Assembly: GCA_011109175.1 (NCBI GenBank)
Contig: RDEW01000029.1
Location: 530,158 to 594,157, forward strand
Length of the DNA stretch: 64,000 nt
Reading direction: 5' to 3'
DNA from: Dicyema japonicum
Taxonomy: Eukaryota > Animalia > Dicyemida
In this document: positions 50,804-63,090 of the stretch, piece by piece
Position numbering within the stretch: the stretch's first letter is position 1
Layout: every line of letters begins with the position of its first letter
Translations under genes and position numbers: made by a program
Notes under the pieces: model-generated
Told to the model about the DNA's origin: nothing
The model's database searches: none
What the model saw: only the letters and a program-made list of their open reading frames with translations

Positions 50804-51442
50804 GAGGGAAAATATTTAAAATTAATTATTTTTATTTCATTTAATATTCGTTTTTCTATATTTATTTTCATTTTTTATTTCGATACTTCCGGTTTCCGAT
50901 GTCCCATTAATTTTTCTACAGCCAGATCATCCTGAGCTTATAGCCCAGACCTATCCCTGTAACTCTCTATGCAAATCCCTAAACAAAAGAAAAATTATGA
51001 CTACCAGAAACCTGTCCATTCATTCCAGCCCCAATTACTGGGTCGTTTGAAGCAGATACATAATTTTGTTTCTACAAGAACCATCCGAAGACCCGATTTC
51101 ACAGGAAGAATGGCTATATGAATCCCCGAGGTTCTGATTCTACAGACTTGAAAACGAACTGTCTTTATATAATTTATAGATTTGATATGTTAAAAGACAA
51201 TAGTAGTATTGGAATTGCTTAAAGGTCCTACTCATTATAGATCAGAAACTTTTCCAAAAAACTTAAAAAATGTCATCCCATAACCACTACCGAACAAACT
51301 AAATGTTAGGTTTATGGAGAGATTGTGTCTGTAGGCTACAATTACAATGTTTTCCAATTAGTCAGTGGTTTCACCTGAAAGGACAGGTAGTAAATAAATT
51401 ATTAAGGATTTTAATTTCCATAAAATGGTAAAATTATGAATT

Positions 51443-53044
51443 TTATGTTAAATAAGCAGAAGAAAGGGAACCACTCCCACTAGTGATCCCTCCCTCAGTA
51501 TCAGTAAACGTCTTTGACCTAACAATGTGACCAAATGAAGTATTCCTCACAATATCATCCCCATCACTTATAATAATTCCAAAGAATGAATATTCACTAA
51601 CCAAGTCCTGGGGCAGACTGGGTTCCTTCAGTCCCCTCAAAATTATGTTCTGATGAGTAAAAGGATATATTCTCTCCATCAATGTGTATATCGAACGGTC
51701 CTCGCCAGAATTCAGTTTATCTGCAATATCCTGTCCAAATATGTTGTTTCCTCCGCCTTCCAGCTGTGACTTGAGGACATATTTGTTTGGGTATTCTATC
51801 GCTTGTTGAATGATCTCGGAATTTTCAGACTCGGTAAGACTGTATTGGCCAACCATTGAAGAGATCAGTAAGTCCAAATCGTCCTCATCATCCACAAATC
51901 GACTCAAAACTCTGCGATCAGACAGAAGCTGTTGTATTCGTTTGGTTCCAGCCAACTGAAAATTCAGAGAAGGACACTTTATGGCACGTGACCTTTCCAG
52001 AAGAAGTCTCCCGTTCCATTCCTATCGTAACCCAAATAAAGTACCTCATTCGTTGCTATCAAACTTGTGGTATAGGCAGTCCTAAAGTAAGCGACGGATA
52101 CTTCTCTACCATCACTAACATAAAATTCACAAAAACTACAATAAAAGTTCATAATTATCCCCCAAACATCCACGTGTGATTATATCACCCAATGTCGCAT
52201 GCTGCACGATAATTCCCGAGTCAATCTGATCTATTTCAAATTCGATTAAGTATTGGTCCACCTGATTGTACTTTAGTTCGGTGACAATGAACAAAATGAC
52301 ACAACTAAATAGTATGACTTGAATTACTCGTTGTGGTGCTTTTTGCTGTACAATTTATGTGCCTCCTTGAGTCCCAAGGCAATTTCCCGACGTGGAGACA
52401 TCTTTACTCAGAATCTTCGACTTTCAACTTTTTGAGCACAAAACTGAATGCACTTAATATGAAAAACCTGTTAGTGTCTGCACAGCGTTCTACAAGTCCC
52501 CCAAAGCTGACAGAGATCATATTGATTTCTATTTGTTTCAAAGAAGGGTCCTCAAAATTGGGTACCATGTAATCCGAACGGTTAATGTTGAGTTGAATTG
52601 TCTGTAATAGTTTTTGGGAAAAACCTGTCTTTGTGGTTCATTTCGAACACGCTCGTATATTCTCCACAAACCGCAGTAAAATGGATCCTGTGCGACGAGA
52701 CTAAGATTTTACCCAGAAACCACTTTTTGAGACTTTGTTCAATGAAGTCATGATCATTGGCGATTTTAAAATATAGTGAGTTATACAGAACTCCCAATTG
52801 TAGTCCGAGCTGGTAGAGAGAAGATGGAAAGGGAGATGGTAAAAGAGTGATTGGAAGGATTTTAAACTTGTCCAAATCAGATTTGTCCTCAATAATCAGT
52901 CCTGTTAAAATTTAGAATGTTTAAGATGCCATTGGATAGTCCATGAATCACTGCTTTGTGTGTTTGCTCCCTAATAAGTGATTCAAAGTCATCATTCTTT
53001 CCCTTTTTGAAATAAAAATTTCTTAAGTCATCAATCCGGCTCAT
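51443..53044 (-). CDS. GSS: Eukaryotic glutathione synthetase, multi-exon
   Basis: PITLLPSPFP, NRSDYM, LKQIEINMISVSFGG, YVLKSQLEGGGNN, LMERIYP, VSEYSFFG, GHIVRSK..EGGITSG. Confidence 0.93.
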
Positions 53045-53199
53045 TAAGCGAAAATGCAAAATACTATTTTAAAAATTATAAAAATATCGATTAATTAGTT
53101 AATTAAATTTATGGTAATCAAAATTAATTATTTAATTTTTATATTTGTTTAAACACTAAACACTGCAAATTAAGTGATGGGGGAAGTAATACGAAACGG

Positions 53200-54290
53200 T
53201 AGGGCTTGCCAACCGACTTCTACCCAGACAATCAAGAAAATCAATAATCACATGGTTATCTTTCAAGATAAGTCCCAGATACTTTAGTGTGGTTTTTGAA
53301 ATCTCGAATAAGATTTTTGATAGTTCCACCAATCATTGCATTTTTCCTTCCAAACATAGGGGAATCGGCATAGGAAGATTTATCCCAAGAAGCTTTAGAG
53401 AAAATTTATGCCTTTTCTCAAATTTCTTGAGAATTGAGTCTCTCCTTTTTGATTCTTACCATCCATCTAAACCGTATAGCATTCCATAAGTATCATAAAG
53501 TTGAAGGCATAAATAAAGGTCTCCGACTCGAGCTTTAACTTTCTACCAAAGAACAGAGCGTTCGTAGTTTTTCTCTTGCGTATTTTAGCATGTTGCATAA
53601 AATTAAATCCCTCGTCGATTAGTAGGCCAAGGTATTTCATAGTCTTCTTCCGAGGTATTTTTCGTGACGTGTTCTTTATGTTAGCCAACCTCCTACCTTT
53701 ATTTATCCTCAGACCAGACTTCTCATGTGCGACTGATAAAAAGTTTTCATTATACCACTCTTCGATTTGGTCCGTGTAAGTATTCAATCGTTTCTCAGAT
53801 ACCAAAGGGTTCAAAGAGACGTCATAAATTATGACTTCATCAGCATATATCAAGATTTCTGTACGTGGGTTATCCGGGGAAGGCAATTCACTCATTACAA
53901 TGTTGAATAATAGAGGACTGAGCACTGAACCCTGAGGGACACCTCTTCTAAGCTAAATTTCACGAGACCTATTCGAAATCTTTGGATATGTCAAGAAAGA
54001 CTGCTGTCAAACATCATTTAATTACCAAAGCCTTCGCAATTGACACGTTAATACTGTAAAAACAATCTCCCCAAGAGCGTATTTGCGAAAACCCCACTGA
54101 TGCTCTTTTAATATATCATTACGTTCTCTGTGTTCAGAGAGTTTGTTAAACACGGTTCTTTCCATAATTCTTGAGATTTTTTTGTATAAGGCTAATGGGC
54201 CTAAAATGGTTAAGTATCCAGGTTTCCCAGAATTACGTATCATCCTGACTTCCGTCAATTTTCAATGGAAAGGTATATGACCCTACCTGA
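53200..54290 (-). mobile_element. LINE family B 3' half, decayed
   Basis: GVPQGSVLSPLLFN..IYADE..MKYLG..LESETFI; paralog of 43573-44304. Confidence 0.85.
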
Positions 54291-54754
54291 TACTGCAAGT
54301 ATAGAGACATCCCAGATATTTATAAAGTGTCCTGTGTGCTTCCTTGAACAAACGCATAGCGATCTTGTCCTTTCGAAAAGTATCGTATTTAGTGCATTAT
54401 ACTGCATTTTCAACTTCGAAATCGAAAGAATAGAGTCACATAGATATGAAAGTCGAAAATTTGGTTCCCTTTCTGGGATTCGGAAGATATCAATAAGAGA
54501 AAATTACTATGACAGTAACTATGACTAAATTAACCAACAAACGCATATAGTAAGTCTCTCCCTTCGTCTTAGAATATATGAAGTTTTTGTGAAGCCTATT
54601 TTCACATATAATTCGTGTGCAGGTGGATCCAGTTATACCTCCACAATACGTGCTTGTGGGAAAATATGTCATTTCACAAGCATTGAAGTTTACGACAATG
54701 CAATCCATGTGATAGCAAATGGCCAAAATAAAATATCAAATTAATCTTATAAGC

Positions 54755-56780
54755 CAGTGATTCTCAACTTTTTTTTTGGTACACCAAAAAAAAGTCAGTG
54801 TACCAAACCAAGATATTTTGTGTACCAAAGAAACAAAGACTTATTTAATTCTTTTAATTAAATTTAGGGACTTAAGAGCAGATATCAAGCTTGTTGCGCT
54901 CATCGCTCAATATCTTGTTTACTACACTGAATCCTGATTCCAAAAGATATGTCGTTGGAAAACATAATAAAATTTTAATTATTTGTTCCCAAATCTTTGG
55001 ATATTTGTCTTTAAATTCCTTTTTTCGCCAAAAAGTAGACAAATCCTGGTTTTCAAACAAAATCTTGTAAGAATAATTATATTTAATTTTTATAAAAATA
55101 ATAATGATAAAAATACCAATAAATTCATCTTGCAAATCCATTTACATCTCTAATAAGGCCGCGTGGAGCCATGTGGTGCTGCGTGGTTAATTGGTTGAAG
55201 TTTTCTGCTTGCTTGTCTGTACCTCCTCTCTTTTCCTAATAGAGAGGCGTCATGTGATCCACCTGTCTAGGTGACGCCCAGTGCCAGGCCGGCATGAAAA
55301 AGGATCATTTGCTCTTCCCCACTCCACTGGAGGGGTTTCCACAACTGCATGTAATGGACGTCTTACCTTTTATGCTGATTCCGGATGGACTCTGTTTCTG
55401 TAGAAGTGGAAACTGGATACACTTAATTAGTTGTTTACTTTAACTTCTTTCTCGGTGTATCCGGGGTTAATAAAAAAAAATTTGCACCTCTACAGTGCTA
55501 GTCAAAAATTCTATATTAATCACGTCTTCAAATCTGATTGTCATTTTTTCCAAATTAATTAGATGGTCAACAAAAATTTTTATATCAAATTGATTAAATG
55601 CTTCACATACTGATATAGAAAATCGTATTTTCCTGATTCAAAGTTATGTCTATAATTCTTTAACTTTTCACAAACTGTAATTATTGTAACTGACGTCAAA
55701 CATAGTTTCAAAATTTCCCTGCAATTTAAAGGAAATTTCATTCAATTTAGCAAGAATCCAATTAAATAATAGATATATTTCTCATTTTCTGAAATCGATC
55801 TTGCTAATTCCTCTTCATTTTCAAATTCAAGAAAGTCCAAAATAGCTGATAAAAGGTTTACAAATCTTTGTAAAGCAGTGCCTTTGGACAACCAGCGAAC
55901 CTAAAAAAATAAAAAACAAAAATAACCTTTAGTATGATACAAGAGTCTTAAATAATCTTCATTCCTATTTATACAAAATTTCCTAAAGATCCTATCAGAT
56001 TTTGGGCTTGTTTTAATTCGATTGATCGTTTTTATGACGAGATTCAGCACTTAATTTAAAAAAAGCGGAGATTTTTTTTGAAACCAGATGATGGCGGTGT
56101 AATACACAATGAATATGAATTAAATTCGGACATTTTTGTTTCAAAAAAGACGCAAATCTTTTGTACTTCCCAACCATGGCCATTGCACCGTCCGTAGCAC
56201 ATGTGATTAAATTGGAAAATGGAATTTGTTTTCATTCAAAATACGTTTTCAATACATTAAAATTTGATTCTCAGGTAGAATCTGTTATCAAAAATCTGAT
56301 AAACAAAACCTCTTCACAAAAAGTACTTGTTCGTCAAAAAATCTAAACAAAATATTATTTAAAATACCTACCTAACATAGGCCATTAATATAGATTTATT
56401 ATCACATACCAGACATTCGTCAATCTGCAAGGAAAAAACAGTTTTTCTAAGTATATTTTTTAAGGAATCTTCGACGCTTTCAGCCATTTCGTCAATTCGG
56501 CGACGAATCGTATCATTACTCAAAGGTAAATTTTAGGAACATCAAATGGCCGCACTATTTGTAAAATTTCAGAAGGATTATGTCCCAACATATCTTATAA
56601 AACAACCGAGATAGAAGGTATTATTAACGATTCACCCGACACATAGGTAGCATTATTTTTAGCAACGATATGGACAATTTTCAAGAAGCGTTGTCTGAAT
56701 CCTCGAAAGTTAGCAAAAGTATCACGCCTGAGAGCGGAAAACGCAGCAAATCCCGGAAAATCAAATGAGTTACGTAACTA
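54755..56780 (-). mobile_element. hAT (Buster/Charlie-like) transposon remnant interrupted by a family B retroposon
   Basis: LPLSNDTIRRRI, FSLQIDE..ILMAYVRY, KILLCFPTTYLLESGFS; terminus CAGTGATTCTCAAC at 54755 preceded by TTATAAGC (NNNTANNN). Confidence 0.8.
55153..55480 (+). mobile_element. Non-autonomous retroposon family B, most complete copy, with poly(A) and TSD
   Basis: TSD TTTACATCTCTA 55141-55152 / TTTGCACCTCTA 55481-55492; LINE-A-like 3' hairpin at 55451-55465. Confidence 0.88.
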
Positions 56781-56789
56781 ATTAATATT

Positions 56790-57066
56790 GCACTCTACGA
56801 GGAGCCATATTAGCTATCGATCCTTTCAGGCAGAACACACACTTTATTTTAAACAAAGAACAGTTATCATAACTAATCGATCAGGAGAGCCAAGGAATTC
56901 TCTTCACTTCTATTTTTTTGGGTGTGAGTTTTTTTAGACGATCCGGTTCCTCAGTGATATGCTACTGATGACGACATCACTCGTCAAACCAAAGCAACAT
57001 ATGCGTGGAACCTTCGAACAGGAACCTCATGATTTTTGGTCCAACAGTCGTAACACTGTCCCACCC
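56790..57066 (-). mobile_element. SINE family A, diverged copy
   Basis: Reverse complement shares core GTTTGACGAGTGA..GTCATCAGT..CACTG.GGAAC.GGAT and AATAAAGTGTG. Confidence 0.8.
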
Positions 57067-57129
57067 GTCTTCGTAACTGCAGAAATTACAAAATTAAATA
57101 CAATCTGTAAGATTCTATAATTTCCTTAT

Positions 57130-59230
57130 ATCTTGTTTCTTTGAAGATACGAAAAGATGCATAAGCTAAATTCAAAAATTTAGTAAAGAGAGAAAATACA
57201 AGAAATCTACGGAGGTTGCCTGATTGCCAATGTGGCATCAAGGTCTATTGCAGGATCTAAAAGGTGTTGATATAAATGGGGATCGTGTATTTATTAATGG
57301 AATCTACCATTCCTCTCAAAAAGGCAATGTCATACGAAAACCACACTCACCCAACCCGTACAAGTCCAGAATTTAAAAGTGTCCCAGATAATTACAATCC
57401 CTAAATCCTGCAAGTCAAAGTAAAGGACAGAATTTGAACAAATTGTGGAGTCATTTAAAGTTGAATGTATTTTTTGCATGTGGGAAATCTAATTCTGAAG
57501 AGATCAGGCGATGTTTGTAAACCATCCTCATCAGTGAAAACTGAAAAAGTAAACACCGTCATTGTAAATGAAACGAAATTCAGAAAAGGGGGAACTCTTA
57601 GGGGATAATGGCCCAATAACCTTAATAAGAAGGCCAAGGGGTACTAGGTCGACTCTTTGTCAAGTTTTCTGGAAATTGGACAAATATTGGCAGTCTCCAG
57701 TTCGAGTCACTTAAAAATTACGCAGGTGAAATTAGAGTTCTTCAAATCAAATTCACCCTTTATGGTGACTTAAATTTAAAAATGCACGTGCTTTTGAGGC
57801 AAAACCATCAATCGAAATGGTCGATCACTGAAACCCCCTACTGGATCACCTCGGTTTCGAGGTTCTTACATTGAAAGATGACAATAAATTCTCTATCACT
57901 GTTGCAGACGAATTGGGGAATCGTAGTCTCCCTCACTCTTATCGAATACATGGAGATCCCGATTCTCTTAAAAGATATTGGAAGTGATCATATTCTACAA
58001 TTACTGACAGCCATCCTAACTGTGAGAAATACCCAGAAGTGTTTGCATTTTATGGAACTAGATCTGTGGACTGTGTCTTATATAGAACACTTATTGAAAA
58101 CAACCTATACATAGGACAGGGTAAATTAGTTACGGGGGAAAACATCAATTGATGGATGAATGGATCTGATGACGGAATACCAGAAAATATTTGCCAAACG
58201 GAAGAGATACACTTCTGTTTCAAGTTGAATTAAGCAATAAATTTCTGAGAGAAATAATCTACGACTGAAGTCAAAATGTGCAGATCCGCTAGTTCACAGA
58301 GCCTTACCAATTGGTGTCTAAAAATTACAAAAAAAATTTGTGGAACGTCTTCTAGAAGAGAGTGGACATAAACTCGAGCTCTGTAATAAATGAGTTTGAG
58401 GGGAACCTATTTTTCCAAAAGTAATATCGGAGGATACCTTTCCTGAAAGAGAACAAGAATTGTCTTTTATCGTTGGAGAACATCATGAAGATATTTGTGA
58501 CCGATGACTTACATTACTGGAGAAATACATAATAATTTTGACTTTTCCCTCAATATCAGTGGTCAACACATCTGGGCTACACGAAGATATAACTCTCCAT
58601 GAGGAGGAGATAGCAGTAAGGGGATGCAACAACATAGCGCAGAAATATGACAATATAAGAATGACGATGTTAAGAAGGTCTTGAAATTTTATTTGGGTTT
58701 CTTATTTAACGTGAGTGTGAAGCTTGGACATGTTCCTAATAAATAAAAAATTTCCAGAAAATTATTTTAAAAGGATGTCTGATCTCTGAGAAGGAGAATT
58801 GACTGAAGGAACAGCAATTTGCTATTCCATCTAATCTTAGAGATAGTAAAGCGAGAGACTTCAAATGCCACTTGAACGCTATTTGTCTTGACATATTAAG
58901 TCGTATGACAGCGTTTGGAATGAACCTCTACTATTTCAGATTTTCTAAACCGGAGACCCATTAGACCTAATTCGATGGATATAGAAGTACTCTACGAGAG
59001 TTACTCTATTACATGGACATTATCAGTCAAATTCATCTGAAGAAGCTCCATATATAATTCAAGATAAGAACAGTCATTATAATCTTCATTTTGGCTTTGT
59101 GAATTATTTCTAATTTACTCTAAAATATTATATTTATGAGATTTTTCTATTTCGGCACATTTTAGATTGTCTATTGAAGTCATCTCAATCTCATATGCCT
59201 TCTGGGTGTAATCTGAATTAAAATTTCATT
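57130..59230 (+). mobile_element. LINE family B, heavily decayed
   Basis: VIVNETK, DIGSDHI and IAVRGCNNIAQKYDNIRMTML parallel 41961-43300. Confidence 0.6.
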
Positions 59231-59239
59231 ACATCTTGT

Positions 59240-59640
59240 TGCCAAATGATCTACTAGAAGTTTTACAGTGAAGACATTCTGAATTATAATATTTGAGGAA
59301 AATATTTATTCTTGAAGAAGAGTAAACATAAAGAGATATTCCCTTTCTTAAGCCACGTTGATGATGCTGTAATATTACAATGGCTGTAAAAATGAGGGGT
59401 AACTCCCATTGCGTGCTCAATTTCTTGCGTGATCGGGTCCAACCTCAGGACGTGTCCAAAAAGACTCCAACGAGAGCTAATGTCTCGAGACTTAATGGTG
59501 TACAATCACACTTATTATACAGTCCTTTCCGTGAGATCTTGGATGGCCAGGAAATTCCAGTTATGTGTCTTTGTCTCCTCGATTGCGGATAGTTTCAATG
59601 AGAAATTAATTAAATGATTGTTTAAAATAGCATTTTATTA
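59240..59640 (-). mobile_element. RTE-like 3' fragment
   Basis: RWSLFGHVLRL motif; similar to ~26480-26620. Confidence 0.6.
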
Positions 59641-59757
59641 ATTAAATGATTATTATATCTGATTAATATTAAATTTAACATTAAATTATTTTTTTAAATT
59701 TGATTTTAAAAAGATTTGATTTGGATACTTATATCCCTTCTACGCGGACCCAGAAGA

Positions 59758-62190
59758 GGTTCTAGGTAAATTCAACGCTGGTAATTTCATCGCCGGTTAA
59801 TTCAAGCGACCACGTGGGTACTTGAAAGAAGAGGTCGAAATTTTGATTTTTATATTATCATTAAAATGTGATTTTGGAGATTAATTTGACGATATGAGTC
59901 ACGTGGCCAGATCCCTAAGATATAAAAAAAAATTTGAAAACTTCAATTCTCCAAATAGTGTTAAATTTTAATCAACGATGTGCACCACACGTGTGTGTAT
60001 TGTTAAAGTGATAGAAAAATTATTGATTATCTTACTGATTATTGATTAATAATAAAGGTCAAACTTTAAATGAATATTTATGATAATATAATATTTTGAA
60101 AGCAAATTTATGATAATTATTAACAAAAACATTCTGTTAATTTCTAAATTATAGGCAATAACTTTTAACTAGTCAAGATTTTCGCGGTTATAGAAGTCAT
60201 TTACAATGTGTTTAATTCTTAAAGCATTATCTCTGTATTTTTTCTTTTGTGTAGGACTTTCCCCACCAGCAATATACTGTTCAATTTTAATTTCATTTCT
60301 TGCTTGTTCTTTCTTCAAAACATCAATAAACTTCCAAATCGTAGGATGACACGCTCCAATTAAAGAATTAAAAGAATGATGCTATCCTTCGCAAGAGTTA
60401 TTTTTTAGGCCCAGCAACTCTTGCTGTTTCAAAAAATTCCACAATTCCTGGGCAAAACGTGCACAACGACGTACTTGACGGTGTCCTATCCAAATATCTT
60501 ATACATAATCCAGTACAGGTTGAGCTTCTTCTGGGAAACTGTTGTAATCACACAAATGTTCAAAATAATGAACAGCATGTAATGTTGGGACAAATGCGAG
60601 CGCCGCAGTCATGCGCATTTTCAAAGCGAATTCTGTCTCTCTCTCTGATCCCTGTGATTGGATGCATCTAAATATGGATTGGGACAAATGAAAAAAACAG
60701 CCCTTCGTAATAGCATCAGGAAATATAATATTAAATCCATTTATAGCTGCTTTTTCGAAATCAGTCATAATTGTTCTCGGTGATAACGATAGCTCCAATG
60801 ATTTTAATTCCGAAAAAACTTTTTTATAGCTTTCTTCCGTTTTTTACACATTAAAACGTATATAAGTGGTAAAACATCATTATTTACTTGTCCACGAATC
60901 GTACATAATTGTAGTGGAAAGCAAATTAAGATTTTTTCTCGTTGTAAAAATTATTGTTCTGTCAAATCTGTCTTCACTATAAAATAGTAGAAAAAGTTCA
61001 TTGGCATCTGTATTCTGGAAGTATTCTTAACTGAGAGCTTGATCTTTTAAATTTCTTGAATTTCTAATATTCCTTTTTAATTTATGAAGCTGCGGGTAGT
61101 CGGGCAGAAACCTCCAGTGGCAAACCCACACACACTTCAGTTGTAATAATATGTGGATTATCTTGTATGCAAAAGCTCTTCTTTTTATTTCATGAGTAAT
61201 TCCCTTAGATTCAACATATGCAGCATCACCAGCATGATTGTGTTCATTGACTCTTTTAACAAATGACGTCTCTTTGGTGTACACTCTCGCTTTACATTTA
61301 ATTTTATAATAAGATTCAAATTTCCAAAATGTGACTTCGCCATTACATTTTTAAAAAAGAGTCGAAAGTTACTCCAAGGATCTTCTGGATTCGTGTATAA
61401 GGGGAATGTTTCCGAGGGATATCTCAAGTCAAGAAATGGGAATGTTTCCGAGGAATATCTAAAGTCAAGGGATGAGAATGTTTCCGAGGAATATCTCAAG
61501 TCAATCTTTAAATCTTCTGTCCGTAGTAAATAGCGTGAACTGAGACATGGATGCAGACACAGACAGCAAATTCATGGAGTCACACACCTGGTTGAGGTGT
61601 GACTGAACCACCGTCACAGACTTGGAAGGAAATATTACTTTATAGTAATATCACTTTATAGTAACCAATTATGATAATGACGATAAAGTATAAAAGAATT
61701 CAAGGGCATTATCACCACATTACAAAAGAATTCAAGGACATTATCACCAGATTATAAGCTACTTTATCAATTAAAAGAAACACAACTACATGCAACCATT
61801 ACTCTTGTGTTAAAGATAATACTGTCCTCAGCACTAAAGAAAACTGGCCAATTGGTTCAATTATGGTTCAATCGTCGTATATAGATGAATACTGACAGAG
61901 TTTAATCCAAGGAGTGAACGCAAAAGAAAACGTCTGCTTGTGACAACTAAATTAATCCCCCAATAATACATTGCAGGCATACGTCAACTTCTGAAGAGAG
62001 GTGAAAAAATAGGTCCTCTCTGTTCAATTTTCATAGGTCTTACTGTCACCGATACGTGACTCCTATCGCCGAATAATCTCCGAAATCGCATTTTAACTAT
62101 AATATAAAAAAATCAAAATTTCGACCTCTCCTATCTAGAAACCCGCCAACGTAGTTCCTCGATTTAACTGGGATGAATTTACCGGTTACC
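59758..62190 (-). mobile_element. MULE with ~130-bp TIRs and 9-bp TSD, carrying a LINE RT fragment (~61330-61610)
   Basis: TSD CCCAGAAGA at 59749-59757 and 62191-62199; TIRs GGT..GGTAAATTCA..AGAGGTCGAAATTTTG; MULE motifs TDFEKAA, GCFFHLSQ, N.CEG*HHSFN. Confidence 0.9.
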
Positions 62191-62760
62191 CCCAGAAGAT
62201 CCTTGGGATAGTTTTCGATTCTCTGATGACGTTCTCGAGTCACGTGGAGGAGGTGCTTGCCAAGAGTCTTCGGAAATGAAACATTTTAAAAGCGATCATA
62301 AAGAGCCCCTTCCTCTTTGCTGCTTGCGTCAACAAGCTCTACCAACAAGTCATTGTTCTTATTATTGAATATGCCTGCTTCGCCTAGAGAATTGCCATTC
62401 CCTCTTCGAGAACTGATCGTTTGAACTCTCTCAAGCGGAAAATTATGCACACACTGACATCTCCATTGGCGGCCTCGTTTCTTTTGAGACGACGTTTAAG
62501 AATAGCCAGGGTTTCCTATGTTTTTGCAAAGAACTGGAAAACCCAATCAAGGAAAAGGTGGCCTAAGCAGAGGAATTTATTATCCTCTTATTGCACGCCG
62601 ATTGAATTCCTATGCAGAAGGAAGAGAAGGCGCTTCCGGAATGCAGTTGGGTCATCTGCTGACCGGGCGAAGAGAGTTTGGATGTTGTTAGAGGCTGGGA
62701 TCACCTAATTAGTTAGTTTTGACCTATCTTTTTTGGTGGTCTTGGAGTTAAATAAATTTG
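62191..62760 (+). mobile_element. LINE family A 3' end, the host of the MULE (left stub 59725-59757)
   Basis: KILGIVFDS..PIEFLCRR..EAGIT* then TTAGTTAGTT. Confidence 0.85.
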
Positions 62761-62764
62761 ATTT

Positions 62765-63090
62765 GCCGCATTCTGATGGCGTGGTGTATGTGGCTAATTG
62801 ATTGAAGTTTTCTCTTCCTTTCCTCTGGTGCCGTCATTGGATCCACTTTCTTCATGAAGCGTTGGCGTCATTCAAAACGATCCATCTATTCATTTCAGCT
62901 GGAGACAATTTCTGGAATCGATTTCAGCTTCCTAGGCAACGCTTTCTGGATCACTGCGCTTGGGTAAGGATTTTGCTAGAACGCGTTTAGATAAAGGAAT
63001 TAGTTAGTTTGATTTTACCCTTAGTCTTTAGAATAATTTAATAGCCCCGGATATACCGGAAAGGGGTCAAAAAGTTAATTAACCTCTAAT
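62765..63090. mobile_element. Diverged family-B-like head plus tail fragments, including an inverted hairpin tail at 63040-63085
   Basis: AATTGATTGAAGTTTTCT..CGTCATTGGATCCAC; 62900-63010 also resembles 16620-16750. Confidence 0.5.

Noticed and set aside
10545-51400. Stop-codon reassignment to explain frames with in-frame TAA/TAG/TGA
   Set aside because: Conserved genes contain no internal stops once introns are removed, and they terminate with TAA (CRELD, COA7), TGA (TEX2, LAGE3) and TAG (BLTP2)
57130-59230. Ty3/Gypsy LTR element
   Set aside because: NETK, DIGSDHI and the linker match the family B LINE at 40780-44560; no LTRs or integrase are seen
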